Positions 41,251-54,329 of a DNA stretch of 64,000 nucleotides are shown piece by piece. This stretch comes from Lingula anatina (Eukaryota > Animalia > Brachiopoda): the NCBI GenBank assembly GCA_051362555.1, contig CM120642.1, positions 32,860,001-32,924,000 of the forward strand. Direction: 5' to 3'. Both the position numbers and the translations under genes were made by a program. Below the pieces are notes generated by a model. The model searched no databases. It had not been told where the DNA came from and saw only the letters and a list, made by a program, of their open reading frames with translations. The first letter of the stretch is position 1, and every line of letters starts with the position of its first letter.

Positions 41251-43307
41251 TTCCAAGTGTCATTGTTTTAATGAATGTTACTTAGTATGACGAACTTAAA
41301 CATACCAATGCGTATTTTTATCATTCATATTTCATCTCTTCCCCCCCATCCCGAGTTCCATAGGTACCGTTGACTGAATAGAGTGTGCACGTACGTTTTA
41401 TAATTTGTTTCCTTTGTAATCAAAACTAATAAGCAAACCTATTCATGAGACTATCAAAGCATTTCATCCTTTTTATGTTATTTTATGTTATTTATTTATT
41501 TATTGAGGAGGTGGGGTATACATATGATATTTCATTAAAGAGCAAGGCTCATTTTGGACGCAATATCTTCTTTAAAATAACGAGTCCTCTGTAGGATTGG
41601 CAAAATCTGATGATAGAAAATAATGCATCATCTTAATTTTAGATAACACATATCCACTTTACTTCAAGAACACGTGCTATTAATTTCTATTTTGCACCGT
41701 TTTGATGTTTCCTCTACAGAAGACAAAGCAACAGGAATAGCGAATATTAAGATAATTGTTCGAATCCTAATATTAAGATGATTGTTCGAATCCTAATATT
41801 AAGACAATTATTCAATTAGTTATAATGATTATTTCTTAGAAAATAAAATCTTGCAACAATTAGGAAAAATAACTCCAAAAACCAAAGAAAAGGCAGGTAT
41901 TTATCCTCTTTTATTCTAAGTGTTTTATCAAAAGCTCTCTTTATATAAATATCCTGTTAGTGTAATTAAAGAAGCGCATGCTTTAGGAGATGTAATTGAG
42001 ATGCCTTTCCAAATGATTAAAAAGACCCACTTCTGAGAAATCTATTCTTTATTAACTTAATTGAATTAATATGCTATCTGCAATATTCAGTATTAGAGTC
42101 GATAATTCAACTGCAATCATATTACTTGCTTTGGGATGATGCCGGTCTTTTGTAATGAATTTTTCATCCACTTGATTAGTTCCTGTCGTGGCGTGCTCCT
42201 AAGTTTGCAGCAACAAGTGACAGAGAGAGGAGAATCATTTTAACCAATCACCAGGCGGAAGTCGTCGGATATTGTGATAATTTTTAATTAAATTAGTCAG
42301 CGTTGGTACGTAAAACAGGATTCGTGAATTGATACTAAGGTGTGTCTAAATCCAGTCTTGATAAATCATATTTTTCATGTTAATATTTCAGGTACTGTAA
42401 AGACGCGTTTCGTGGGTCGACTACATCCCTACTCCTGTTCTGTTTTTTACACCTTTGTGTCCAATTTTCTCATTTGGAGTTCTAATTATTTTTTATATTA
42501 AACAGGAATTTATATAGCAATATTTGCCGCTGACATTTCCACCATGAAAAGGGGGTCACTAGTATGTCGACACGCACAAAAACACCACACCAAACAATGC
42601 ACAATTGTTTTATTAGATGTGGTTTAAAAGCGTGATTAAAGAAATACAGCAACATATGTCTCCATGAGACTCCCACATATATATATTCACATAATTGACA
42701 CGCGCTAAGGGATAGGTTTTATTCTCATTTACAGAAAAATGGAGACTACACGCTAAACGCGGGGAGGACGATGAAAAGGCATTGATCTCAATCTCGCACA
42801 ATGAGACGGATGTCAGATGTAGAACTGTGCTTGTCACGATATAGAAATGACATCGGACTCTAATGATGCCAATTACGCTATTCCCCAGAGACATATCTAC
42901 TGTGGTGACGATACCCAGAAAAGAAAGAAGGAAAATAAGAATTTCGCTTTTTTATTACCACGAATATAGGTTTGTTGTTTTACAGGTTTTACAGCATGTT
43001 ATCCATTGCAGTAATTTAACATGCAGCGTCCATTAATTACTTGCGTCAGTAGCCTACATGTGCTCTAGTACAGTACATTTATGACTGAAGAATATATACA
43101 GAGAGAGAGAGAGAGAGAGAGAGATTGTTTTCTTTGTCACTACCAGGAATAATACAATGTTTGAGCTCTATAGGGGTCAGTAATTCCATATCTTGTCAAA
43201 TAACCTCACAACAGAATAAAGGCAATAAAAAAACATGACCATAATTTAATGGAAATAGAAAATGTTTTCCCCCGTTGGTTCTGGTACAACCGTCTCCTTT
43301 GCCTTTT

Positions 43308-43527
43308 CGTGGTTGTCCCGTTGTCCTTCTCATAGTTGTCCCGTTGTCCTTACCATGGTGTCCGTTTGTCCTAACCATGGTTGTCCCGTTGTCCTTTCCA
43401 TGGTTGTCCCGTTGTCCTTACCATGGTTGTCCGTTTGTCCTTACCATGGTTGTCCCGTTGTCCTTACTACGGCTGTCCCGTTGTCCTTATCATGGTTGTC
43501 CCGTTGTCCTTATCATGGTTGTCCCGT
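43308..43527. repeat. Minisatellite, 23-bp unit x~9-10
   Basis: CATGGTTGTCCCGTTGTCCTTAC variants in tandem. Confidence 0.9.
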
Positions 43528-44996
43528 CGGTTCTTCTGTTGCTGTTTTCTTGTCCTTAAAATACCGCATATGACAACGTCAAAACAAACAGTTATTTAGG
43601 TGAACTTGATATAAACGCTTTAGAAAAAAGGGATTTATTTACAAAATAAGTGGAATATGTGCAAATGAAAAGATCTAGCAACACTGTCTAACAGATAGGT
43701 ACGTGAATATACCCTTAAATGTGCTTAACCAAAACTATTTCATCGTACATGCCTTAGGCAACGTCAAGTATGCTATACAAACCAAAGTCTTAAACGCAGT
43801 GGCTCTGTGAGAGGCATTGTGGTAGTTGTACGCAATAACACAACGCCAGGGAACATCCAACACAGTAGCACGACCAGGGTCATCAATCGGCAGTTGTACT
43901 GGTAGCACTAATGTTTGGCTCAGGATATGCGTTGTGCATAGTTTCAGGTTTACTTAGTTTCTTAAACCATTTTCTAGATATCATTTGCGATAATTCTGTG
44001 TTCGCTTGTTGTTTTCAAATTACCAGTTTCGTTTTTAAAAACGTGGTCATTTAAATTAAACAGGATTAATCTTTCTTTACAGTTATTAAGAAACCCAGCA
44101 CTTATTAGTTGAGTCAACCAGGTGTTTGTCAGCTGTACCTGTGGCTCTAACTGTAGACAGGTGTTAATTACTGTCCTAACCTTAATTGTTGCCAAATCTG
44201 GTGATAGTCATCGTGACTGACGTGTTTAGGTTACTAATTAAATGAACGAACATTACAATAGCTACCTGTAACTGTATGGTAGTCGAAGCTCTACATTTTC
44301 ATTTGTTAACAGTGAAAGTTCATAAATAGATATATTGCCAAATTTGGGTATGTAGCAAATTGGGAATCGACAGCAAATGTTAGGGAGTTTAGTTTATAGG
44401 TAGTAAAAGTGAAAGTGTGTAAATTGCCCTAGTCAATAATTTTATACACATTTCCACAAAAAAGACAAAAGAAATAAACTATGGCTTAAACGTGACGAGT
44501 TAATGTTTTATTATCAAGTCCTCTGAAAGCCGCGGTAGAGTGTAAATCGTCTTTGTGGTCTTTTAAATTAAGGAAACGGCGCTGAAATTGGTTTACGACA
44601 CAGCAATGTCGTTTTTTTTAAAGATATATTTTCTTTAATGGCACTTTTAGCTTTCTTGAATCTGTTTGTTATACACTTCCGTTCAACATCTAGTTCAATT
44701 GGCGGGCACTCAACACTACATAAATTGCCCATCACCTTTCTAGGGACGTCTTCACGCTTTGTGTCCGCAAGATACAGTACAGCTTGGGCACTGGAACGCG
44801 ACCCCAAACAGGTCGGGTATTGCGTGCTAAGACCAGAGACCAAGACGCCATTGAAGGATGCAGATTAATTCTCTCGTAGTTCTGAAGTGAAGAAAGCATT
44901 AAGTTTAACTTTACTTGCGAGGAACTATTTGCAGGGCACTTAACCAAAAAGACAGTTTGGGAGATCTCATCACATTGCCGACGCTGCGAGCTCACT

Positions 44997-45188
44997 ATGA
45001 AAGTTGTCGTCTGCTGTTTGTTGGTTCTGTCACTTCAGTCTGTTCGTCGCGTTGCTTGTGTTCAGTTGACATTTTTTGCTCCGCGCCCTCAGGGTCCTGT
45101 CCAAGTTGGCGGAGCCGCATTGCCTCATACTGCCAACAGTGCACAGGAAGGTGAGTTTATGTACGTGATGTGTGTGTGTGTGTGTGCG

Positions 45189-45225
<37 letters not shown>

Positions 45226-45246
45226 ACGCGTGTGTGTGTGTGTGCG

Positions 45247-45286
<40 letters not shown>

Positions 45287-45858
45287 TGTGTGTGTGTGTG
45301 TGTGCGTGCGTGTGTGCGTGTGCCTGTGTGATCATGATAATCAGCAGACATACAGGTTTAGTCCATTCTTATGATACATCAACAAAGTGTAGTACAACGA
45401 TAACAATGGTTTATGTTTTGTTGAGGAAATTACACAGGATACATTGAGGATGGGAGGGTGCAGAGGGGATCTTATCAAAAAGAAGTGCAACGTAACAACT
45501 ACACTTATGTAAAACATTTGCAAATATTTGGCATTTACGAGGCGTTAATGTGCATGTAACATATTAACGCCCAATCTGTATGTAACATGTTAACGCCTCG
45601 TACATGTAAATATAAAATATTTGTAAATGTTTTACGCCTGTATTATGGGATTATGGGATGAGGTTCTCCATTTTGGTTTATTATATGTCACCGGTATATA
45701 CATTGGGCGGGGGGTGGGGGGGGGGGGGTCAGTCATTAGCGCGGGAAGCGGGGGAGAGAGCTAACAGGAATGACACCCCCTGGTGCTTCTTTCCTCCCCC
45801 AACACACACTTAAACAAACACACACACACACAAACACACGCACACACACACTCATACT

Positions 45859-45912
<54 letters not shown>

Positions 45913-48900
45913 TGCTGTACACACACACACCTAAACTTTTCTTCCAAGGCACCTAAACATCACGTAAATAATTGTTTTCCGTAGAAAAAATCTGTTGTAA
46001 TTGTTCTATTGCCCCTAGTTTTGCTCTTATAGCTTTCTTAATCAAGGAGCAGTGGTGGCATTAACGACTGACAAAAACTAGCAGCCATCATATTCAGCAA
46101 ACCATGACAAGGAGACCATGAGTTACCAGTCTATCCTATGTAATAAAAGGTTCTCTTAAACGAAAACATTCACTTAACCTCAGAATAAAATCTAAATTAA
46201 TCACTGAGTAATTAAATAACCTGCGCTCTTACATTTATGTACATTTATTGTAGTTTAATTGCTAAAATGACTTCCTTAATTCTTTGATGTATAAGGAGAG
46301 AAAGTGGCTAAAGTGCGTTTACACCTTTAAGTGCTTCTTGATGCAGAATATACCAAATACTGGTTGGTTTTGTCGTCTGTCCGCTAAGAGATAGGTATCA
46401 GCTGATTTAATACGCAAATGACTTATATTCAGCATTTACATCTCCTTGACTAAATATACACACGAATCACGATGATGTCATCTTCAAAGACTTCTTAAAC
46501 CAATTTTACCAAAAAAGTTATAATGATAATAACTTTATTGAGCACTAAATGCGTATATTTTAATAACATTTACAGCTATAGTAATTCCTCCAAAACGAGA
46601 GTCAAGTTTCTTTGATACTTCTTGGCCAAGATTTGGACAGTTGTAAATATTCGAACTATTTTTCCCATTTTAATCTGCAGTCGCCAGATTTCCTTTGTTT
46701 TTGGTAGCTAAGGTGTTCTTATCACATTTCTCTGAGATGTGTACATATTTAAAAATCCGTTTATCTGTCAATTCTGCTAATATTTTCCCAAACTTTTCTG
46801 TTACTTTAATGATATCACCTACATGTTCTGGTAGATGGAGTGTTCTCATCGCTGTTCTTCTCACAGTGTTGCTTGTGCATCTTCTTTTCTTGGTAACCAT
46901 ACAGCCACCATACAGATACGGTGCTCAACTTTCGTAATATCCTTTGTAATGAAATTTCTCTATCACAAAGACATTTGATTGGTGCATTTGGAATTTCTAG
47001 TGGTTTCAACCCTTCGCTTTGTACGGAAGCCGACAGGTGTCATTTTAAATATTATCTCGAAATTTCGAGGTAGTATCTCGAAATTTGTACAAAAATTATT
47101 ATCTCAAAAATTCGAGGTAGTATTTTGAAATTTGGACCAATAAAATTCGGTTTCCGTAGTTTTGCTACAGATTACTATATTTTCAGATAACACCGCGTAT
47201 GCCGGCGGTGACGACCTTGAGGAGGAGGGTCGGTTTGAAGGGACCACGATTCGTGCCGTTGACGCTGTGCCAAAGGTTCACGTGGAAACTGAAAGCAGAG
47301 GTGAAAATTTGGATTTATTATCTAGTAGTATTTCTGTAGCGTAGTACCGTGTATTAGTGCTATACTTTGGGTTTATCCAGAACACGTGAAAGGCATGCTC
47401 CCAGCAAACCTTTTAATAACGTTATCATAACGTTTCACTAACGTTTTTATTATATAAACGTTATGGTAACGTTATAAATTCGTTCTGTGTTTGCTGGGGC
47501 TGCACTACGAATACCAACAGCTAACATAGGCCTAAGGGCCGTCTTGTTCCATAGGGTTCATCTTTAAATCCATTTGTAAATAAAAAAAAACAGGCTCAAA
47601 CAACACGGTCAGTATTGGGTGATTCCGTTCAGTGACGTCACACCTAACGTTTACTTGCTGCAACCGTAAGTGAACATAAAAATGGTTAATAAATTATGAA
47701 GCGTTTATTCTTTTTTTTTAATTGGAGTTGCTTGCCTTTAAGTTCTTGACAATTATGAGTTTACCATTATTGGTAGTCATGTGATCTAAGGTTGCAGAAT
47801 CCACTGGTAAATGGCGGTCAACCTATATTTAAGAAATTATTCTCACATCCAGTTTGAATGTGGAAACTATTCCCTCAAAGAAAAAACAATGCTCCAACAG
47901 CAAAATGTTTGTATATTGTGTGTTTGCCTTTCAGTCCGCCTGGTGAGCTACACGAAAGCTGTGCGGATTGAAAACAGATATATTGTTCAGCTGAAGGAAG
48001 ACCTACCCGAGAGCAGAGGTGAGGAAATAAACCTCTTTGTTCACCTTACCCCATCTAGAGGTCGCGGAATACTTTCATGTGTGATTTACATGTACGAGAT
48101 AAATGAAACAGTAGGCGGTTGGTGGTATTAACAAAGTATGGGATGAGGCGTATCGTTTAAATTAAGTTCTCTATTAAACTTTTCTATAAAAGTTCCCCAT
48201 TAAAAGACCAAACCATACATGGATGGAGGTCCGTACCCAATTTATACGCTAATTATAATATTTTCAAGTCAGAATGACGTCAACAGATTTAATTACGTCA
48301 CAGACGTGTCCTGAAATGTTAACCAGACCGGAACCCACAGAGTAGGCAAACGATTGTTTTTTTTTTACTTGGTTTCTGGTGCTAAATAATGTAAAAGCGT
48401 TTTTTGTTTTGTTTTGCTATCGTTTTTTGTTTTAAAAGAGACCATTAATTACGTTGCAGAATAATGTTACTCCATACTTGCCTCAATTAATTTTTTATTT
48501 ATTTGAGCTAAGCTGTAACAGTTTGCAATATTTTTCAGTCAAATCTCACCTTACCGCTGTAAGAAGTTCCCTGAAACAAACGGGTCCTCTAGTCGCCAAG
48601 GCCGGGTCACCCTTACTAGCGCTAGGTCAACCAAAGGTCGATGACGTCATCACTATTGGCAGAGTGAAGTTTTACGTCATGGAGGCAAGGCCGGAGTAAG
48701 TAACGGATACTTATGAAATTCGAATTTGAAACTGATCGACAAATTTCATAGTTTATAAGATGACAAAATATTTGGTTTTGTTTCAGATTACAAAGGTAAC
48801 AGTGTTCGTTTTATCAAAATGACATCATGTAAGCCTTCTAAATGATCAGTCGTCCCAGGAATAAGATATACCTGTCTCATTTATTACATAAGAGAACACA

Positions 48901-50810
48901 TTGCTATTTATATCGTTTATGATTTAGAAAACAAATATTGCTGTTGCCTTTGGTTTTATTTAAAAGTATCGGAGAATTGCCCAAAAGAAGATCGCGTCAT
49001 TTCAGTCAGTTATAGTGGGAATCTCTTATTGTTTATCAGAAATAAGCCGCGGAACGCACGCAAATGCCTCAGGGAACGGTTTATTAAATTTTCCGCAAAA
49101 CCATCATTTCAGGGACATGGACAACATCGTTCGCACCAAAAAATCGGATGTGACGACGGTGTATGAGGACACAAAGGTGAAACTCTTGGATTGCAAGAAT
49201 TTCACTGGATGGCCCTGGGTAAGGACGGCTGGCGCTTTGGGAACCTTTTTAAAAACGGGTCAATCCAACAGTCCTTAATTGTTTTTGGTATTAAAATTTA
49301 AATTTGGTTTTTAGTTTAAAACTATTATTATTATTATTATTTTTTTTTTTTTTTGCATTGAGTAAACTCGTCATTGTACACGTACTCTCGATAATGTCAT
49401 TGGCATAAAAGCATGGAAATCTTTTATTAATGCATTATAATGTATATTCAACGATATTATTTTTTATACTATTTCCTATTTTAGCCATGAAATGAACTAA
49501 GCTCGTCCTCCGTTTTCAGGGTCTAGACAGATTAGACATGAGGGCAGTGAGAGACTTCAGGGCGGAGAGAGATAAACGACTAATAGTAGACGGTGATGGA
49601 AGGGGTGTAGACGTCTACGTGTTGGACACAGGGATACGTGCAGACCACAGGGAGTTTAGGAAGAATAGGGGAAAAATAATACACAAGGTGCGCTTCGAAA
49701 TATGCACGATGTTATATATGTACTGTATGGTTGGCGGATATTTTCTTACAAAGTCTTTGTCACATGTTTGTGACTGTAAGCAAGTTCCTTACTTCCTGAT
49801 TTTTTTTAATTCTTACATCAGCTGGATGGATAAATACGTGTAGCTAAGACAAGGTACACAAGAACTGAACCGATGAAGTTTAAAATTGAATTTCTACACA
49901 ATAAGCGTACCTGAGAGCTTTCGTGTAAACATTTAAAAAAGCTCTCACGGACGCTTTCAGCTTATTGTGTAGAAATTGAACAGTTTTAAACTTCGTCATT
50001 ATGAGTAGCACTTCTACACATATAAACTTTAATCAAAAGAACTGAACTTTTTTTTAACTTTTGATACGCCTCTGCTATATTCTCCAGGTAGATCCAGGTA
50101 TGAGTGACGGCGATACCCACGGGCACGGGACACATGTGAGCGGTCTTATTGCCGGCAGAAGGTTCGGTGTGGCGCGTCTGGCACGGGTGAACGCCATCAA
50201 GGTAGTAGACGACAAGGGAGAGGGCAGTGCTTCCTGGCTTCTCAGTGGGCTCGAACACGCTGTTAATACTATCAAAACGAAACCTAACCGTAAAGCTGTG
50301 ATTAACATTTCTCTTGGATACCCCAAGTCTGATCTGATAGACGCCGCGATAAATGAAACAGTCAGACTGTATAACATTCCGATAGTGGTCGCTGCTGGCA
50401 ATGAAGCGATGGACGCGTGCGAGAAAAGCCCATCGGGAGCCAGCGAGGCTATAACAGTAAGTGCGACCAGTTATCATGATATTCGGCCAAAGTGGGCCAA
50501 CTATGGCCCCTGCGTGGATATATTTGCCCCTGGAAATAACATGAAAAGTTCGGTGTCAAGTGCATGGAACGCTACTGACACCCTAAGTGGAACCTCCATG
50601 GCTTGTCCTCTGGTCGTTGGTTCTCTGGCAGCGTATCTAAGCAGCCTTCCAGCGTCCGTGAAACCCTCGCCTGCAGAGTTGAAGGATTACCTTATCAAGA
50701 GAGCCACAGTTAATGAAGTCAGAAACGCGGGGAAAGGGTCTCCTAACCGTTTGTTATATGTAAAATGTTCCAGCCTGCAGGAACCACAGACTTGCGATCC
50801 TCTGGCGTAA
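44997..50810 (+). CDS. Secreted proteinase K/aqualysin-like subtilisin serine protease (S8A + I9 prodomain), copy 1, 7 exons, ~501 aa
   Basis: Exons 44997-45150, 47187-47300, 47935-48018, 48539-48695, 49113-49218, 49520-49687, 50088-50810 all have GT-AG ends and splice in frame (phases 1,1,1,2,0,0; 1506 nt). Hydrophobic N-terminus [14 protein letters not shown]9-type RYIVQLK, PWGLDRLD across the exon 5/6 junction, catalytic motifs VYVLDTG, HGHGTHV, AAGNE and SGTSMACP. Confidence 0.93.
45167..45330. repeat. (TG)n microsatellite at the start of protease intron 1
   Basis: Long interrupted TG run. Homologous runs follow the other two exon-1 copies (55390-55500, 56402-56472). Confidence 0.95.
45803..45930. 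repeat. (CA)n microsatellite
   Basis: Interrupted CA run in intron 1, in inverted orientation to the TG run about 500 bp upstream. Confidence 0.9.
47400..47498. mobile_element. 99-bp CMC/EnSpm-type MITE in intron 2 of protease copy 1
   Basis: TIR CCCAGCAAAC / GTTTGCTGGG, GCT direct repeat on both flanks, internal TAACGTT repeats. The left half survives in copy 2 at about 58167-58216. Confidence 0.7.
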
Positions 50811-51069
50811 CACAAAGTTAACCTTTATTAAACTGTTCGAAACACAATCGGTATGTTAAGTAAAAACAAATGCTGCCACCAACTATCAGTTGTGAGTCTT
50901 CTTTATTTCTTCTAACGACTGGAAGTTTTCTTGTACAAACTTCAGGCTAAACTGTAAGGCTGTAAATCTCTAACTGCATAACTCTAAAACTAACGTTAAA
51001 ACAACCCTCTTCTATCCCGCTCCTCTACACTACTCAACTGTCCAACTATCCTCCCTATCTATGTCGCTC

Positions 51070-51071
<2 letters not shown>

Positions 51072-51127
<56 letters not shown>
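51072..51127. repeat. (AT)n microsatellite
   Basis: Perfect AT run of about 28 units. Confidence 0.95.
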
Positions 51128-51130
<3 letters not shown>

Positions 51131-53199
51131 ATAGAAGCTCAAGCGCATGCGGCCCGCCCTGTTTGCCCTAGGTTCTAGATTTCAGTTTTGCCAGCTTGAT
51201 CTTGATTTCATATATAACCCATATCAGCAAAACTGGCTCTAGCCATGCAATACCGTCAACCTGGAGGCGTTCTTCGGCATAATTCTGCCTGGGGCGCTTC
51301 CATATTTTGAAGTCACAAGTCTCGTACGTCACAGCTCTGTGCCGCTTGAAGCTGCCTTTCCCGCCTTGCGCTTACCTAACTCGTGCAGACGAGACAAGAA
51401 GCAGAGTGGTCGACGCGGAGTTTGAAGTTTGAACTAAGAATATATTGCTATTGAAGGTCAGTGCCACAACACAAACAACTTTCTGCTTTACAAACTGATT
51501 TTTGGTGTAGCCAATGCGCAGTCCTTATAGTGGTATCGGGCATACAATGTAACTGTTAAACTTGGGATACGACAAGCACGTGTATTGTGTTTATATCTTC
51601 AGGAGCAAATGTCTTTGATGAGCAAAAAATACAAAAACACCTGGTATATCTTTTTCTTTTAAAATATATATTATTTATTTTTCAATTTACATCTTGTATA
51701 CGGTATATAAAATTCAATAAAGTAAAATTAAATTCGTTTTACGCTTCATCTTGGAGTAATGACATTCAACTGCAGAATCACTGCGGAGCAGTTCTTTTTG
51801 ATCGACGGAATCTTACAGTCGGTTTCCGGCCTACTTAACACAGAACGAGGCTCTCATTTTAGGACTAGGGTAAAACATTGGCTTGCGCCCTTACTCTCAA
51901 TGTTAAACTGGTGAAATTTGATCGTTCATATCAAACAGACCAGAGGACAATTACTTGTGACCACCACTTTGTCATATTCACTTGGGTTTTTAGCGTCAGC
52001 CAATGGGTCTCAGGAGGATTTTCTAGAAGTGATGGTGATTTTATCAGCGATAATACCAACACCCCTCCAAAGGGCTGCAATTTCAGTTTACACCAGATAC
52101 ATGTTGTAATAGGCATATTTTATCGTCTGCATCGAGTATATCTGTAAACAAATACGCGTGACAACTGTTTGTTGATATTCACTTTCGTATTTAGCTCAGG
52201 GAAATGGCCATCAAACGGATATTCTAGCGTCAGTTGCGACTTTATCAACGACGGTGGTGTACGCGTACGTACCAGTTCCTAATTATAGAGTCAGAATTCT
52301 TGTATAATAAAATCATTGTCAAACAAAGAAAACCATTATATTCATAATGGTTTTTAGAGGTCTCAGTTTGAAAGATTTGATAAGCTAGAAAAGGGGGCTT
52401 AGGTAGCATTGCTCACCTGTCGTGTTCAAAGCAGGTGTCTCAAGTAATGCAATTAATGTGCTTTCAAAAAGAATATTTATTTGTCACCTCTGTGTTTTTC
52501 ATTAAAATTTCTTCTTCTACTGTTGTCTGGATTATGTTTGAAGAGACTATGAAATACTTTTTTCAACTTTTGTAATTTCTGCAAAAAAGTGGAAAAATTA
52601 ATTAGAGGCCTGCCAAAATTATTTTTCATAAATAAATTGATTCATCCATAATTATCCAATTAAACAAAAAGTTTTAACCAAGTTCACTCAGCTATAATGC
52701 TACTGGAAGGGGGGGGGGGTAATAATCACCAATAGCTTTGTTTTTAAAGTTTTTATCCTTAGTTTTCATAATTGGATATAATTTGAAAAACAGCAATAAT
52801 GCTCTTTAAATATTCTATTTTTCTTTATTTTTAAATAAAAGCCTCACTTAAATCTTATAAGTTGTCAAAATCTACAAAACATTTTTTACTCTGATGCTAA
52901 ATGAAGTTCATGGTGTTTTTTTTAGAACATAATATAAATTTATAAAGTAGTGATTTCATTTTTATTTTAAGAACATCAGACTCAATATCTCAATGATCTA
53001 TAAAAGTCCGAATTGAATGCATATTTAACCGTCATAAATCACTTTGAATTCTTAAACAAAATGCAAAAGAAAAGATACAATAAAACTTGTTGACTTTAAA
53101 TTTACATTATATTTCTATTTATAAGGTATGTAAGAAAGGAGTTATAAAATTCCTTGACGTACGCTGTAAACTTGTATTCTGAATTAACATTTGTACAGT

Positions 53200-53443
53200 A
53201 AAAAAAGCACTCCGAGAGAGCAGACCTCCGCCAATTCAGCGATTTTTGATTATTACTATTATTGATTATTGATTGATTATTTATCCGGATCACCACCAAA
53301 AACTAATCACTTAATTCATTTCCCACCTACCCTGAAAATTTCATCAAAATCGGTCCATAACTTTTTGAGTTATGTTGATGACAAACAAACAAACAGACAG
53401 ACAGACAGACAGGGGTGAAAACAACCTCCTAGGCCGAGGTAAT
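53200..53443 (+). mobile_element. Helentron-associated non-autonomous element (HINE/DINE-1-like)
   Basis: A-run terminus, subterminal ACCTCCGCC, (ACAA)n/(ACAG)n microsatellite near one end, terminal hairpin ACCTC-CTAGGCC-GAGGT. A related degenerate copy lies at 18138-18306. Confidence 0.7.
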
Positions 53444-54329
53444 GAATTCTAATTTCTATGATATAAAACCTGTAAGCAAATATAACAGTAATGTCCAAAG
53501 GATAAAAAACTGAATCCATAACAAAAATTTGATAAGTGAGAGTTTTTATAATTGCTTTAAACTTAAGCATGGGTTAATAGATTTTACTCAGCAAACAGCT
53601 CCACCCGCTTGTTTCTTCCAGTTGAAATGTGCATTGATAGTTTTTCTTGCGTTATACTATCCTCTTGTTGAAAGCTTGCACATAAAAAGTTATGTCCAAG
53701 TTGAAAGTATGCAACTTCACAAAGAAAAAGTATTAGTTTTCGTTCCAATAGCACATTATTGCCATTTACACACTTCATAGTACAATTATTAAATGATTTA
53801 TTGAGTATGTAAAAATTTTATTCCTGTCCATGATCTCAATTCTGTCTGCGGCTACATGGGTTTTAAAAAATTACTAGAAAAAATTGTTCAAATTCTCTAA
53901 ATGGCATCTGCTTTCAGTAATAAAATCAGACTAGTAAATTGTCATAACAGCTTTCTTTCAGCTCCCCTTTTCAAAGACAAATACGATAACCAGACCTGTG
54001 AAGATCATACATCTGTTTTAGTTGTATTTGCTTCAATGACATCAACTGATAAGATCACTTTCTTCCAATTCAACCACCCCAAAGGGCTCTATGATTGTTT
54101 GAAGATCCAGGTAAGTTCTATACAATCGCTGATAAAATCGGCATCAATACTAGAAAATGTCCTTGATATTATTAAACAGTTGTCAAGTTTAATTATCTAC
54201 CGGTGTGAGAGATACAGACGATCAAATTTCATCATTTAACATTGGGAGTAAATGAGCTTACCGATTGTTTTACCCTAGTCCGGGCGTGGCGGCCATCTTC
54301 TGAGGTCATGCCGACCGTAAGATATTCAG

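Noticed and set aside
45030-45952. His/Thr- and Cys/Val-rich ORFs
   Set aside because: Translations of (CA)n/(TG)n microsatellites in intron 1.
47161-47186. Alternative upstream acceptor (CTACAG, 47170) for exon 2
   Set aside because: With the phase-1 donor it leads to an in-frame TAA; only the 47186 acceptor keeps the frame.
49986-50477. Antisense ORFs of 163 and 108 aa (and their twins at 61450-61884)
   Set aside because: Shadows of the protease exon 7 reading frame.
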